The notes beneath the pieces were generated by a model. That model had not been told where the DNA came from. It did not search any database and worked only from the letters and a program-made list of their open reading frames with translations. From positions 29,941-93,940 of the forward strand of contig JBIOHC010000001.1 of NCBI GenBank assembly GCA_044448685.1: DNA of 64,000 bases, given 5' to 3'. The position numbers and the translations under genes were made by a program. Origin of the DNA: Bacteroidia bacterium (GTDB lineage: Bacteria; Bacteroidota; Bacteroidia; Palsa-965). Positions 36,381 through 46,619 of the stretch are shown here, piece by piece. Each line of letters opens with the position of its first letter. Positions within the stretch are counted from its first letter, which is position 1.

Positions 36381-37769
36381 ATGCCCTCAGATGATAAAAT
36401 AAATAACCCTGTTGAAAACAGGAAACTGGTACGCGGACTGGGACTGCGTGAAGCCACCACTATCAATATGATTGATATGGTTGGCATAGGACCTTTCGTT
36501 ATCATTCCATTTGTTATCGGGTTTATGGGAGGACCCCAATGTATTCTCGCCTGGGTCCTTGGTGCAGTGCTTGCGTATATGGATGGATCGGTATGGGCTG
36601 AATTAGGGGCCGCTTATCCGGCAGCAGGCGGTTCTTATGTTTTTCTTCAGAAAGTATACGGAGAAAAAAAATGGGGTTCCCTGTTTTCTTTCCTGTTTAT
36701 CTGGCAAACAAGTATACAGGCTCCGTTAGTCATCGCTTCGGGTGCTATCGGTCTTTCCAGATACCTCAACTACCTGGTTCCGGTAAATGAATTGCAGCAG
36801 AAAATGGTTGCAGGCGGTCTGGTTATATTACTTGCCATACTTCTGTACCGTAAAATTTCGCAGGTCGGTAAAATTTCACTTGTCATGGGTTTGATTGTAG
36901 CAGGAACAATGATCTGGGTAATTATTGCGGGCTTCACACATTTTCATCTTTCCAACCTTAAAATACCGGAAGGGGCTTTTAACCCACCGGGAGGATTTTT
37001 TAAGGGCCTTGCTTCTGCATCAGCCAAGACTATTTATGCCTTCCTGGGTTATTACAATGTCTGTCACCTCGGAGCAGAAATCAAACAACCTCAGAAAAAC
37101 ATTCCAAGGAGTATTTTTCTGTCCATCACAGGTATTACAATTATCTACCTGCTTATGCAGGTGAGCGTACTGGGTGCAATGCCCTGGCAGGAATCAGAAA
37201 AATCCACATTCCTCATAAGTACATTGTTTGAACGGGTATATGGAATTATTGCAGCCAATCTGGTTACCGGCCTCATATTGCTGGTAGGTCTGGCCAGCCT
37301 TTTTTCAGCAACTCTTGGTTATTCCCGCATCCCTTATGCAGCTGCTGTGCAGGGAAATTTTTTCAAACTATTCGCAAGGATTCATCCCGTACGCCAGTTC
37401 CCTCATATCTCTCTTTTGTTTTTGTGCGGTATAGCTTTTGCCTTCAGCCTCTTCTCCAATTTATCAGCTATTATAACCATCATTGTTATCATGCGAATCC
37501 CGGTCCAGTTCATTGGCCAGGCTGTAGGCCTGATAGCCCTAAGACGAAGAAGTAAGGAGTCGCCCAGACCCTATAAAATGCTATTTTTCCCTGTTCCGGC
37601 TCTACTCAGTATCGTGATCTGGCTCTATATTTTTTGCAGTGTTGAATGGAGTGCAATACTTTCTGCTATAGGCGTGATCCTGACTGGTTTGGTATTGTTT
37701 TTGATCCGGGCCAGATCAAACGAACAATTTCCGTTTGAAACAAACATTCAATCCTCTGAAAACCAATAG
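36381..37769 (+). CDS. APC-superfamily amino-acid/polyamine permease
   Basis: 12 predicted TM segments. Typical APC N-terminal region (…TINMIDMVGIGPFVIIPFV…). Confidence 0.85.
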   Translation: MPSDDKINNPVENRKLVRGLGLREATTINMIDMVGIGPFVIIPFVIGFMGGPQCILAWVLGAVLAYMDGSVWAELGAAYPAAGGSYVFLQKVYGEKKWGSLFSFLFIWQTSIQAPLVIASGAIGLSRYLNYLVPVNELQQKMVAGGLVILLAILLYRKISQVGKISLVMGLIVAGTMIWVIIAGFTHFHLSNLKIPEGAFNPPGGFFKGLASASAKTIYAFLGYYNVCHLGAEIKQPQKNIPRSIFLSITGITIIYLLMQVSVLGAMPWQESEKSTFLISTLFERVYGIIAANLVTGLILLVGLASLFSATLGYSRIPYAAAVQGNFFKLFARIHPVRQFPHISLLFLCGIAFAFSLFSNLSAIITIIVIMRIPVQFIGQAVGLIALRRRSKESPRPYKMLFFPVPALLSIVIWLYIFCSVEWSAILSAIGVILTGLVLFLIRARSNEQFPFETNIQSSENQ

Positions 37770-37853
37770 GGTAAAAATCACAAAACCTGAACATTCTTAA
37801 CTTTACAACGTATAACGTCGTATTGCTCCCTGTACTCAAAGAAAACTAATCAT

Positions 37854-40829
37854 ATGAAAAATACTTACCGCACATTATTCGCATTGTCTTTCCTTGTTAT
37901 GCTACCTGAATTTTCCGTTGCTCAGGAATTCTGGGGTATGACTTCCAGCGGAGGAGCTTATGGACTTGGAACAATTTTCAAAGCTGATTCCGGCTGTACA
38001 AATGCAGTAGCGAAATATTCTTTTGTATCCAATATTCCGGGGTCGAATCCATCGGGCGACCTCGTTCAGGCAAGCAACGGGAAATTTTATGGCATGACGA
38101 CAAACGGAGGGACGAATGGAACCGGTGTGCTATTTGAATATGATGCAACCGGGGGTATTTACACACGCAAATTCGAATTCATAGGAACAACGACAGGAGC
38201 CAATCCTGTCGGTTCGCTTATTCAGGCCGGGAATGGAAAACTGTACGGGATGACCAGCAGCGGAGGTACCGGCAACATCGGAGTACTGTTTTCCTTCGAT
38301 CCCGTCTCTTCTGCATTTGTAAAACTGATTGACTTTTACGGAGCAAACGGTTCAATGCCCACAGGTTCCCTGATGCAGGCAAGTACAGGTAAGTTATATG
38401 GTCTTACAAGTGCAGGCGGAGGCAATGGAAAAGGAATTCTGTTCTCCTATGATCCCGTAACCACCACCTTCATGGATAAATTTGATTTTTCAGGAACAGC
38501 GGATGGAGCAGGCCCTCAGGGATCGCTTATTCAAGCTATGAACGGTAAATTATATGGTCTGACAACCTATGGAGGAATAAAAAATGCCGGGGCCCTTTTT
38601 CAATTCGATACCCTATCAGGAGCACTTTCCAAACTGGCAGATTTCGACACTATTCCCACAGGATGTAATCCAACCGGCTCCCTTGTTGAGATCAGCCATG
38701 GTAAATTATTCGGTACAGCTTCCTATGGGGGAGTAAATACGAATGGTACAATTTTTTCATATGTCATCAGTACGGGCATTTTTAGCAAAGTAGCAGACTT
38801 TAATGTTGCAACACTTGGCGGAACTCCTAACGGATCAATGGTTCTTGCACCCAATGGAAAGTTTTACGGACTGACTTTTGCGGGAGGCACAAACGGGATA
38901 GGTACTCTCTTTCAGCTTGATACCACGACTCTGACACTTGTTAATAAAGTAAATCTCTCCGGCTCAGCAAACGGATCAAATCCTAAAGGTTCTCCTATTC
39001 TGGCAACGGATGGTAAGTTATACGGAATGGATTACAACGGAGGCTTGAACAACAGCGGTGTATTGTTCCAATATGACCCGGGAACAAGTACGTATACTGA
39101 TAAGGTGGATTTTGAAACAGCAGTCAATGGAGCCGTACCTACAGGCAACCTGTATATGGCAACGAATGGAAAATTTTATGGAATGACGACTGCAGGGGGT
39201 ACAAACGGAACGGGTGCCTTATTCGAATTTGATACCGCCACTTCGGTGTTAACCTCCAAGGTGCAGTTCACCGGAGCAAATGGAACAAGCCCGAATGGAT
39301 CCCTTATGCAGGCAAGCAACGGAAAATTATACGGGGTAACAACCGGGGGAGGTACTTCGAATTCAGGTATTTTGTTCGAATACGATCCTGCTTCATCGAC
39401 CTATACTAAAAAGTATGATTTTGACGGTGCAGGTAACGGAGGGGCTCCTTTTTGCACCTTGTTACAGGCAAGCGATGGTTTGATTTATGGAGTAGCTACA
39501 ACCGGGGGAGCTAACAGTGCCGGTGTCCTCTATTCCTTTGACCCTGCAAGTTCAACCTATACCAAGACATTCGACTTTAACACATCGATAGACGGCGGGT
39601 CCCCGTATGGAGCACTCATACAGACAAGCCCTGGACGGCTGTTCGGGTTGACAGCCGGAGGAGGAAATAACGGAACGGGTATACTATATGAATATTCAAT
39701 TTCCTCTGCCGCCTGCACAAAAAGAGTTGATTTTGTTGGAACTACGAATGGTACCAATCCATATGGTGCTCTGGTTTCGATGCCAGGAGGTAAATTATAC
39801 GGAACTACATCAGGAGGAGGCGCTAATGGACTGGGCGTTATTTTCGAATACGATACAGCTTCCGGAACATTGACAAAAGTATTGCCGCTCACTGCACAGC
39901 CAAACGGAAATTTTCCACAAGGATCCATAATCGTTGCCGGGAATCAATTATTTCTGACGACCGTGAATGGGGGGGTGAACAATATTGGAGCACTTGTAGA
40001 ATATGACCCGGTTTCGAACACAGCTGTAAATAAATCGGATTTCGTTCGTACATCGACAGGTGCTGATCCCTACGGTGATCTGGTATATTTCTGTAATCCT
40101 GTTGCCGTAAGCGCCAATTCGGGTGATACAGCCAAATGTCAGGGCAACACAAGTATTTTATGGGTTACTACTACCGGCAAGTATGTAACCTATCAATGGT
40201 ATAAGAATGGAGTTGCAATAGGCGGAGCCACAGGTTCCAAATATATTATTCCAAACATGTCAGCCTCAGACAGTGCATTCTATTACTGTAATGTGCAGAA
40301 TGCATGTGGAAATCTGAATTCATTGCAGGTTCATATTACGCTCAATGCACAGCCTTCAGTTCCCACCATAACACAAAATGGTGCCGTATTAACTTCCAGT
40401 TCGGTAACAGGAAATCAATGGTACCTGAATGGGGTTATTATTACAGGTGCAACGGCTCAGAATTATACGCCGTCAGCGAACGGAAACTATACTGTGACCG
40501 TTACCAATAGCAGTGGATGTTCCGCAACTTCCGCCCCCTTTAATATGACCAATACCGGAATAACGGAAAAAGCCGGAGAGTTGATTATGCAGGTGTTTCC
40601 GAATCCGGCAACGACAACGCTCAATCTTAGTTTCCAGGTGGAGCAAGAAACACAAACAGAATTATCCGTGATGGATCTGCTGGGCAATACGGTTCTGAAT
40701 AGCCGTGCTTATCTTACAAAATCTGCCAATAAAACAGTTTTGGATATCAGTATTCTTAACCCCGGAATGTACGTACTCAAAGTGAGCAGTATTTCTGGTC
40801 AGGGGTTGATAAAGTTCTTCAAACAGTAG
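37854..40829 (+). CDS. Secreted protein with ~13 tandem GloVer-type ~48-aa repeats, Ig-like domains and T9SS C-terminal sorting domain
   Basis: Signal peptide. Repeats of the form NPxGSLxQAxNGKLYGMTxxGGxNGxGVLFEYDxxxxxxTKxxDF. C-terminal FPNPATTTLNLSF…YVLKVSSISGQGLIKFFKQ (T9SS CTD). Confidence 0.8.
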   Translation: MKNTYRTLFALSFLVMLPEFSVAQEFWGMTSSGGAYGLGTIFKADSGCTNAVAKYSFVSNIPGSNPSGDLVQASNGKFYGMTTNGGTNGTGVLFEYDATGGIYTRKFEFIGTTTGANPVGSLIQAGNGKLYGMTSSGGTGNIGVLFSFDPVSSAFVKLIDFYGANGSMPTGSLMQASTGKLYGLTSAGGGNGKGILFSYDPVTTTFMDKFDFSGTADGAGPQGSLIQAMNGKLYGLTTYGGIKNAGALFQFDTLSGALSKLADFDTIPTGCNPTGSLVEISHGKLFGTASYGGVNTNGTIFSYVISTGIFSKVADFNVATLGGTPNGSMVLAPNGKFYGLTFAGGTNGIGTLFQLDTTTLTLVNKVNLSGSANGSNPKGSPILATDGKLYGMDYNGGLNNSGVLFQYDPGTSTYTDKVDFETAVNGAVPTGNLYMATNGKFYGMTTAGGTNGTGALFEFDTATSVLTSKVQFTGANGTSPNGSLMQASNGKLYGVTTGGGTSNSGILFEYDPASSTYTKKYDFDGAGNGGAPFCTLLQASDGLIYGVATTGGANSAGVLYSFDPASSTYTKTFDFNTSIDGGSPYGALIQTSPGRLFGLTAGGGNNGTGILYEYSISSAACTKRVDFVGTTNGTNPYGALVSMPGGKLYGTTSGGGANGLGVIFEYDTASGTLTKVLPLTAQPNGNFPQGSIIVAGNQLFLTTVNGGVNNIGALVEYDPVSNTAVNKSDFVRTSTGADPYGDLVYFCNPVAVSANSGDTAKCQGNTSILWVTTTGKYVTYQWYKNGVAIGGATGSKYIIPNMSASDSAFYYCNVQNACGNLNSLQVHITLNAQPSVPTITQNGAVLTSSSVTGNQWYLNGVIITGATAQNYTPSANGNYTVTVTNSSGCSATSAPFNMTNTGITEKAGELIMQVFPNPATTTLNLSFQVEQETQTELSVMDLLGNTVLNSRAYLTKSANKTVLDISILNPGMYVLKVSSISGQGLIKFFKQ

Positions 40830-40830
40830 G

Positions 40831-41292
40831 CTATGACAAAAGTTTTTGACGCAGCATAAAGTCAAGCTGTTTGTTGGCTTCCAGGAGCATCTCGGTAAGA
40901 TGCTTATTGCTTTCCCTCAGGGAAAAAAGTTCGTAGGCCTGTTCTATGGAAACCCTCAGTTCATGCTCATCCCAGGGTTTACTGATATAGCGGTAAACCT
41001 GACCCTTGTTGATGGCAGAAATAACCGCCTGAATATCAGCATAACCGGTGATCAGTATCCTGACCGGATCAGGATATTCAGTCAGGATGGATTCCAGAAA
41101 CTCCACACCGGTTGTACCGGGCATGCGTTGATCGGTCAGAATGACATGAAAAGTATGTTCCTTCATTAATGTTCTGCCCCGCTCTGCTGATGAAGCCGTT
41201 TGAATATCAAAATCCCTTCTGAACAAAGCTTTGAAAGCAACCAAATTGTTGGTTTCATCGTCTACATACAAAATCTTGATTTTTTTTTCCAT
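40831..41292 (-). CDS. Stand-alone response-regulator receiver domain (CheY-like)
   Basis: ILYVDDE…LTDQRMPGTTGVEFL…ISKPW (conserved D, D, K positions). 153 aa. No output domain. Confidence 0.85.
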   Translation of the reverse strand: MEKKIKILYVDDETNNLVAFKALFRRDFDIQTASSAERGRTLMKEHTFHVILTDQRMPGTTGVEFLESILTEYPDPVRILITGYADIQAVISAINKGQVYRYISKPWDEHELRVSIEQAYELFSLRESNKHLTEMLLEANKQLDFMLRQKLLS

Positions 41293-41339
41293 GACCGTCT
41301 GGTTTAATGTATTATCACGCTCTGCATTTATTTTCTATA

Positions 41340-43484
41340 TCAATCGTTGCTCCGGAAAATAGGTAAACTTATGATAAATTCACTTCCTGTTCCGGGCTCC
41401 GAATACACTTTTATTTTACCGTGATGTTTTTCTATAATTGAATGTGTAATGGATAAGCCCAGACCGATTCCCTGTCCAACATCCTTTGTTGAAAAGAAAG
41501 GTTCGAAAATGCGGGGAAGAATTTCCGCCTTTATACCTATACCATTATCCTGAATGCTTATGTACACGTTTTTTTCATCCGAAGAAGAATGAATAGTTAT
41601 AAGCCCTTCTGCGGGGCTTCCCTTCTCTGAAATAGCATGGATAGCATTATTCAGAATATTCATAAATACCTGATTGATTTTACCGGGATAGCATTCAACC
41701 GGAGGAAGGGATCCATACTCCTTCACTATTCTTATCTTATCCTTTACCAATGTATTCAGAAGAATGAGTGTGGCATTCAATCCTTCGTGGATGTCAGCTG
41801 TTTTGAGACTGTCTTCATCCAGACGTGAAAAAACCTTGAGCCCTTTAATGATTTCAGAAGTACGGGATGCGCCATCATCAATACCATGAAGCAGCTCATC
41901 AATTTCCTGCATGGAATAATCCATATCCAGCTCTTTTTTCAGCTTCTGAGCAGCGGCAATGGATTCGTCTGCACGGGGACCGCTTTCGATCTGTTCATAT
42001 TGTTTAAACAGCTGCCTGATTTCATCCAGGGTTCTTTTCAGTGATTTAATATTGGATTTGACAAAATTAATGGGATTGTTTATTTCATGCGCAATGCCGG
42101 CAGTAAGCTGACCGAGTGAAGCCATTTTTTCTGCATCCACCAGCTGGCTTTGGGCTTCTTTTAAGTTGGAGAATGTAAGGCTCAGTTCCTTATTCGTTGT
42201 TTCAAGCTCTGCAGTCCGTTCGTGAACTTTGGTTTCCAGAATCAGGTTCTGCTCCCTGACAATCCTTGCATTTTCCCTTAATGCATCCAATGCGCGAACC
42301 TGGCTTTCTTCCTTTTCTTTTTTAAGAATATTAATGCGATCTGCCAAACCAAAAGAAATCAGAAGAACCTCTAATGCAGAACCGGCCTGCATGGTATAAC
42401 GGGTAAAAGTATTATAGGGCAGTACTTCAAAATCTTTCAGAACAAAGATGCAGATGCCGGTAAGAAATATAGACCAGGCGATTAAAAAGAAACGTGCCGG
42501 GCGATACCCTTTTCTTGTAATGATGAGTGCTTCGGCAAAGATATAGATGGAAACCAGGATAGCGGTGACTTCTATACTCAGGTAGCTGGCCTGATACAGT
42601 TTAAATAAGGAAAGTATGTAACCGATGAGGTATGCGAAATATAGGAGATAGGTAAATTTGTATAGACGGGGAGTATAATGTTTTGTTTGAATAAAAGAGT
42701 GAAGAAAAAACAATCCGGTAACACCAACAAGAGCAGGATAAAAGAATTCAAGATTTATGGCAAGTGCCGGATAGTTCGGGTAAAGAAACTGAAAAGGATA
42801 CCCCTGCAACCCGGTTTGTGTCAGAAGTACACTGGCTATATAAACAACATAGTACAGATAGCTTTTATCCCGGACTGAAAAATAGATAAAGAGGTTATAC
42901 AAAAGCATAACCAGCATGAGTCCCACATAAATTCCCGAAAAAAGATTTTTACCATTAATATGTTCAAACAGGGATTGTTCTGACACTAAGAGGAAGGGCA
43001 GCTGAATCTGATCTGAACTGTGAATCCTTATGAAATAAGTAACCGGGTTATTCACAGGGGCATGCAAGGTGAAAATATAATCCGGAACTTTGTATTTGCG
43101 AAAAGAGAAAGGCTTGAATTCACCTTGTTTGTCTTCCTCGAACCGGCCCTGATCGTTAGGGGAAAACACAGACACTTCATCCAAGGAGGGCTGTTCCAGC
43201 ATCAGCATCAGATGATTTTCCTTGCTGGTATTCAGGACTGTAAATTTTACCCAGAATACGGAATTAGAAAGACCCATATTGGGGACAAGTTGGGTGCTGG
43301 TCCTGAATTTGTCCGACAGGATCACATTTTCAAAAGTAAGTGTGCCGGAGGCATCTTCCAGAATCTCAAGATTAGCTCCTATCCCCTTATTTGTTTCATG
43401 ACCGGTATACAGAATTGGACCGGAAGCATGAGCCTGTATAAAAAAGCCAAATAAGAAGAAAAGTATAAAAGAGAGCTTGTTCAT
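41340..43484 (-). CDS. 7TMR-DISM-type sensor histidine kinase (extracellular DISMED2-like domain + 7TM + HisKA + HATPase_c)
   Basis: Signal peptide. ~170-aa extracellular domain. Seven TM helices. H-box GIAHEINNPINF. G-boxes (…DNGIGIKAEILPRIFEPFFSTK…GIGLGLSITHSII…). Confidence 0.85.
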   Translation of the reverse strand: MNKLSFILFFLFGFFIQAHASGPILYTGHETNKGIGANLEILEDASGTLTFENVILSDKFRTSTQLVPNMGLSNSVFWVKFTVLNTSKENHLMLMLEQPSLDEVSVFSPNDQGRFEEDKQGEFKPFSFRKYKVPDYIFTLHAPVNNPVTYFIRIHSSDQIQLPFLLVSEQSLFEHINGKNLFSGIYVGLMLVMLLYNLFIYFSVRDKSYLYYVVYIASVLLTQTGLQGYPFQFLYPNYPALAINLEFFYPALVGVTGLFFLHSFIQTKHYTPRLYKFTYLLYFAYLIGYILSLFKLYQASYLSIEVTAILVSIYIFAEALIITRKGYRPARFFLIAWSIFLTGICIFVLKDFEVLPYNTFTRYTMQAGSALEVLLISFGLADRINILKKEKEESQVRALDALRENARIVREQNLILETKVHERTAELETTNKELSLTFSNLKEAQSQLVDAEKMASLGQLTAGIAHEINNPINFVKSNIKSLKRTLDEIRQLFKQYEQIESGPRADESIAAAQKLKKELDMDYSMQEIDELLHGIDDGASRTSEIIKGLKVFSRLDEDSLKTADIHEGLNATLILLNTLVKDKIRIVKEYGSLPPVECYPGKINQVFMNILNNAIHAISEKGSPAEGLITIHSSSDEKNVYISIQDNGIGIKAEILPRIFEPFFSTKDVGQGIGLGLSITHSIIEKHHGKIKVYSEPGTGSEFIISLPIFRSND

Positions 43485-44224
43485 ATGCGGACAAAAGGGG
43501 AATATACTAAAGAAAGAGCTTGTGCGTTTTTCAATTCATTAACGTATATAACGATCAGGTCATAGTCTACCTCAAAGGTGCCCTTGGGGCCCGTTTCAAT
43601 AAGGATAGTCCTTGGATTGGCTCTTAGCTCCAACATCCGTCGCCTGTCATACTCTGTACTGCTGGCCAACGTTTCGGCATTCATGATACCAACTACTTTG
43701 GCCAGATATTCTTCAGTAGGATAGATAAAATCTCCATCCTTTCCGAGTGTTTTGTCAATTACAAAACCGACACGGGTGAACATAGGCAGGGAATATTCTG
43801 CACAAATCCCCAGCAAGGTTCGGAAGTGAAGCTGGTTAATAATGGATATGGCAGCCCGCACCAGCAGGATACTGATTCCCCGTCCGGCCACTTCCCTGGC
43901 ATTCCAGAGTCCGCAAAGTTCACCGGTACCTCCATCCTGACGGTGTTTGAGTACAAGATCATATACCTGGGAGTCCATCTTGCCAACTGCGGTTTCAACC
44001 GGCAATGGATGCACTCCATCGGCAACCTGGACACGAATTCCTCCAACTAGTTTACCATCCAGCTCGGCTACTACGCCATAAGTGAATGGATTTTCTGCCC
44101 AGTCTTTGGAATAGGAGGTGACATTGAGGATACCATAATCTTCCAGCACCCTTCGATGGCCTTCTATGTATTCCAGGCATAAGCCCTGCTCCCATACGGG
44201 GTAAAAAGATCTGATTTTCAGCAT
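43481..44224 (-). CDS. GNAT-fold protein resembling LuxI/FeeM-type N-acyl amino-acid (autoinducer-like) synthases, with ~70-aa C-terminal extension
   Basis: 247 aa. β-α GNAT-like core (…YGVVAELDGKLVGGIRVQV…GELCGLWNAREVAGRGISILLVRAAISI…). 4-bp overlap with the downstream HK (ATGA). Family assignment from sequence pattern only. Confidence 0.45.
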   Translation of the reverse strand: MLKIRSFYPVWEQGLCLEYIEGHRRVLEDYGILNVTSYSKDWAENPFTYGVVAELDGKLVGGIRVQVADGVHPLPVETAVGKMDSQVYDLVLKHRQDGGTGELCGLWNAREVAGRGISILLVRAAISIINQLHFRTLLGICAEYSLPMFTRVGFVIDKTLGKDGDFIYPTEEYLAKVVGIMNAETLASSTEYDRRRMLELRANPRTILIETGPKGTFEVDYDLIVIYVNELKNAQALSLVYSPFVRI

Positions 44225-44227
44225 GGA

Positions 44228-46546
44228 TCATTTTAGATACAAGACCTCTGTAAGCGGCCTTCTCAGGGCCTTTGTCTCCATTTCATTTGCAATATGCAAC
44301 TTGATAAGGAATACATGTTCTGTGTTTCCTTCCAGTGCAAACAACCGGTTAAAACGGGCATGCAGTTGGGTAAGTTCTTGTTCCATATGCGGACTGAATC
44401 TTTTCGCCTGACCATGAACAAGGCGACTGAAGAAATAGGTACAGGCAGAAACAGGGTGAACAGAAATACCAAGCAGGTTCGCCTGAATCCAGGCTCGCTG
44501 CAAAGCTCTTCCTCCATTGAAAAAATTCACTGAACTGTATGCCGGCATTGTGACCAGAGCCAGGGCAGAAGCTGTCTGAACAGCCTGCCGTCCCATTTTC
44601 TCAAATGCTGTACCCCCCTTCCAGGCATTCAGGTGGCGTATTACATCCGGCGTTACGGCCATACGGAACCCTGCCAGTTCAGAAGGGGTCAGCTCCACAG
44701 TAGCCAGATCAATCCCGTCCTGGGTGCGTTCTGCATCTTCTTTTGTCCAGCGCATTTCATGGACGAATTCCTGATGGTCTTCTTCATTCATAAGCCGAAT
44801 CCGGTCAACACAGCCAACAATATCCTCCGCTTCTTTCAAGTCGGCATTCGAATCCAGAAATTTCAGATCTGCTCCGGGAATACTCTTTGTTGCAGTTAGC
44901 AGTTGAGACAATCTGTCAGAATCAATCGTCCGGCGTATACCGTATTTTCGATTCGTACCACGGAGAAAAATGCCTTTGCTCAGAGAGTCGCAGGGATGCG
45001 GTTCAAGATGAATATCTTTTGGTAAGGTGGCGGTCTTATAAAAGCGGAAAACGGCAATCAGTTTGCTGTCATCACCTGTCTTGTTCAAGCAGGAAACTTC
45101 CAGATCAAGTTCATGTGCTTTCAGAATAAGATTTTCAGTGGTAGCGCCAAGACCAAGGAAGGAAAAAATATGCTGAAAATCGGAGGACCGTATACGGTCA
45201 TGGAACAGGCAGAGTTTTTTTTCTGTATAGATCCATTTCCAGGGTTGGTTATTTCCGGCTGAAGGAGCAGCAACCGCAGCTGTAATCAGTTCAACGACCT
45301 GTGCTTCACTCAGCTCAAGTTGCGATTCATCCGGCAGTATTGCCTGCAATCGGATAGTTTCAAGCATTTCCTCCCGGGTAAGCTCTGTTTCCTTTGTTGT
45401 ATCTTCAGGAACATGAGGGAGCTGGGCAGGAGCCTTGTCACAAATAAGCTCTTCCAGGTCAACAAAATATCTTCCGGACTCATGAAACTGGTCCAGGGCT
45501 ATCCTTCTGCAAACGTCGGCAGCCAGCGCTCCTCCCAGAACGACAGCGGAGCCAAGCTGTGGCCAGGTGGTCAGTGTCTGACCGATTTCAATCATGGACG
45601 CTTTAAGCTTGGAGGATATTGTTTCTGAACCAAGAATCGGAAGGATATATGGCACTTTTTCTTCGTTGCTGAGGTTCTTAATCTTGCTGATGTCGAGGTG
45701 ATCGATCATGCCATGTAATAAGGGACGATCCGGTTCCAGATCAAACCTTTCCACATCCAGTGTCCCCCTGTCATTCATATCCATCACAACCGGAATCCGG
45801 AGTGCCCTGGCCTTTTGCCGGCATAATATTTTAATATCCAGCCCATCGCACTCTTCCACCAGCATATCCAGTTTTCCTCCTTTCAGAAAAAAATCATCCA
45901 TATTTTCCTCAGTGAGTCCATCGGTATAGCAAACCGTTTTCAGGTAGGGATCCATTTCAGCTATTTCCCGTGCCACGGCAATGGCCTTGCTTATCCCCAG
46001 GTTATAAAGCCCGGTTTGAATCCTGTTCAGGTTGGTAAGCTCCAGTGTATCATAATCGGCCAGGCGTATTTCACCGAAGCTGCGCTCCATAGCCATTGCC
46101 ATGGAAATTGTTTTTCCTACAGAGAGTCCTATTACGCCGACTCTCAGTTGCCCAAGCCGGTCCCGTTCTTCAACAGTAATCTTGTACTGGTTGCGGTTTG
46201 TCCTCACCTCTATAAATTCACTTTCGTCAAGAATATGCAGCAGACGGTATGACCAGGGGTAATATATCCAGACACCATAGTGAGCCGGATCAGAATTTCC
46301 CAGATGCTTATCAACCATCTTATCCAATTGTTCCTGATTCAGTTTCAAGCTCGGGTTCCTGGATTTGAGAAGTTCCCTGAGCTGGGATCTCAACTCATCA
46401 CTTACCTGAATAAAAGGAGAATCCTGAAGAAGCTGATCCATACGCTCCTGTTCACCGGGAGTTTTCAGATTAAAAATACTGGGATGGTAAACGGAATGGT
46501 CCCTTCTTGTCTTATCTGTATGAGAAGCCAGTACTGTTTCAGACAT
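44228..46546 (-). CDS. ThiF/MoeB (E1-like) – nitroreductase-superfamily fusion protein (MoeY/Rv1355c-like architecture)
   Basis: Rossmann GxGxxG (VGVIGLSVGKTISMAMA) and E1-like core (~residues 130–380). C-terminal ~330-aa nitroreductase/Acg-like FMN domain with the PSAGNNQPW signature. 772 aa. Confidence 0.8.
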   Translation of the reverse strand: MSETVLASHTDKTRRDHSVYHPSIFNLKTPGEQERMDQLLQDSPFIQVSDELRSQLRELLKSRNPSLKLNQEQLDKMVDKHLGNSDPAHYGVWIYYPWSYRLLHILDESEFIEVRTNRNQYKITVEERDRLGQLRVGVIGLSVGKTISMAMAMERSFGEIRLADYDTLELTNLNRIQTGLYNLGISKAIAVAREIAEMDPYLKTVCYTDGLTEENMDDFFLKGGKLDMLVEECDGLDIKILCRQKARALRIPVVMDMNDRGTLDVERFDLEPDRPLLHGMIDHLDISKIKNLSNEEKVPYILPILGSETISSKLKASMIEIGQTLTTWPQLGSAVVLGGALAADVCRRIALDQFHESGRYFVDLEELICDKAPAQLPHVPEDTTKETELTREEMLETIRLQAILPDESQLELSEAQVVELITAAVAAPSAGNNQPWKWIYTEKKLCLFHDRIRSSDFQHIFSFLGLGATTENLILKAHELDLEVSCLNKTGDDSKLIAVFRFYKTATLPKDIHLEPHPCDSLSKGIFLRGTNRKYGIRRTIDSDRLSQLLTATKSIPGADLKFLDSNADLKEAEDIVGCVDRIRLMNEEDHQEFVHEMRWTKEDAERTQDGIDLATVELTPSELAGFRMAVTPDVIRHLNAWKGGTAFEKMGRQAVQTASALALVTMPAYSSVNFFNGGRALQRAWIQANLLGISVHPVSACTYFFSRLVHGQAKRFSPHMEQELTQLHARFNRLFALEGNTEHVFLIKLHIANEMETKALRRPLTEVLYLK

Positions 46547-46619
46547 AGGAAAAGTATTAGGTGAATTCCACTAAATTATGGTCCTTCATGCCCTAAGTAG
46601 CATGAATAGTATATTGCCT

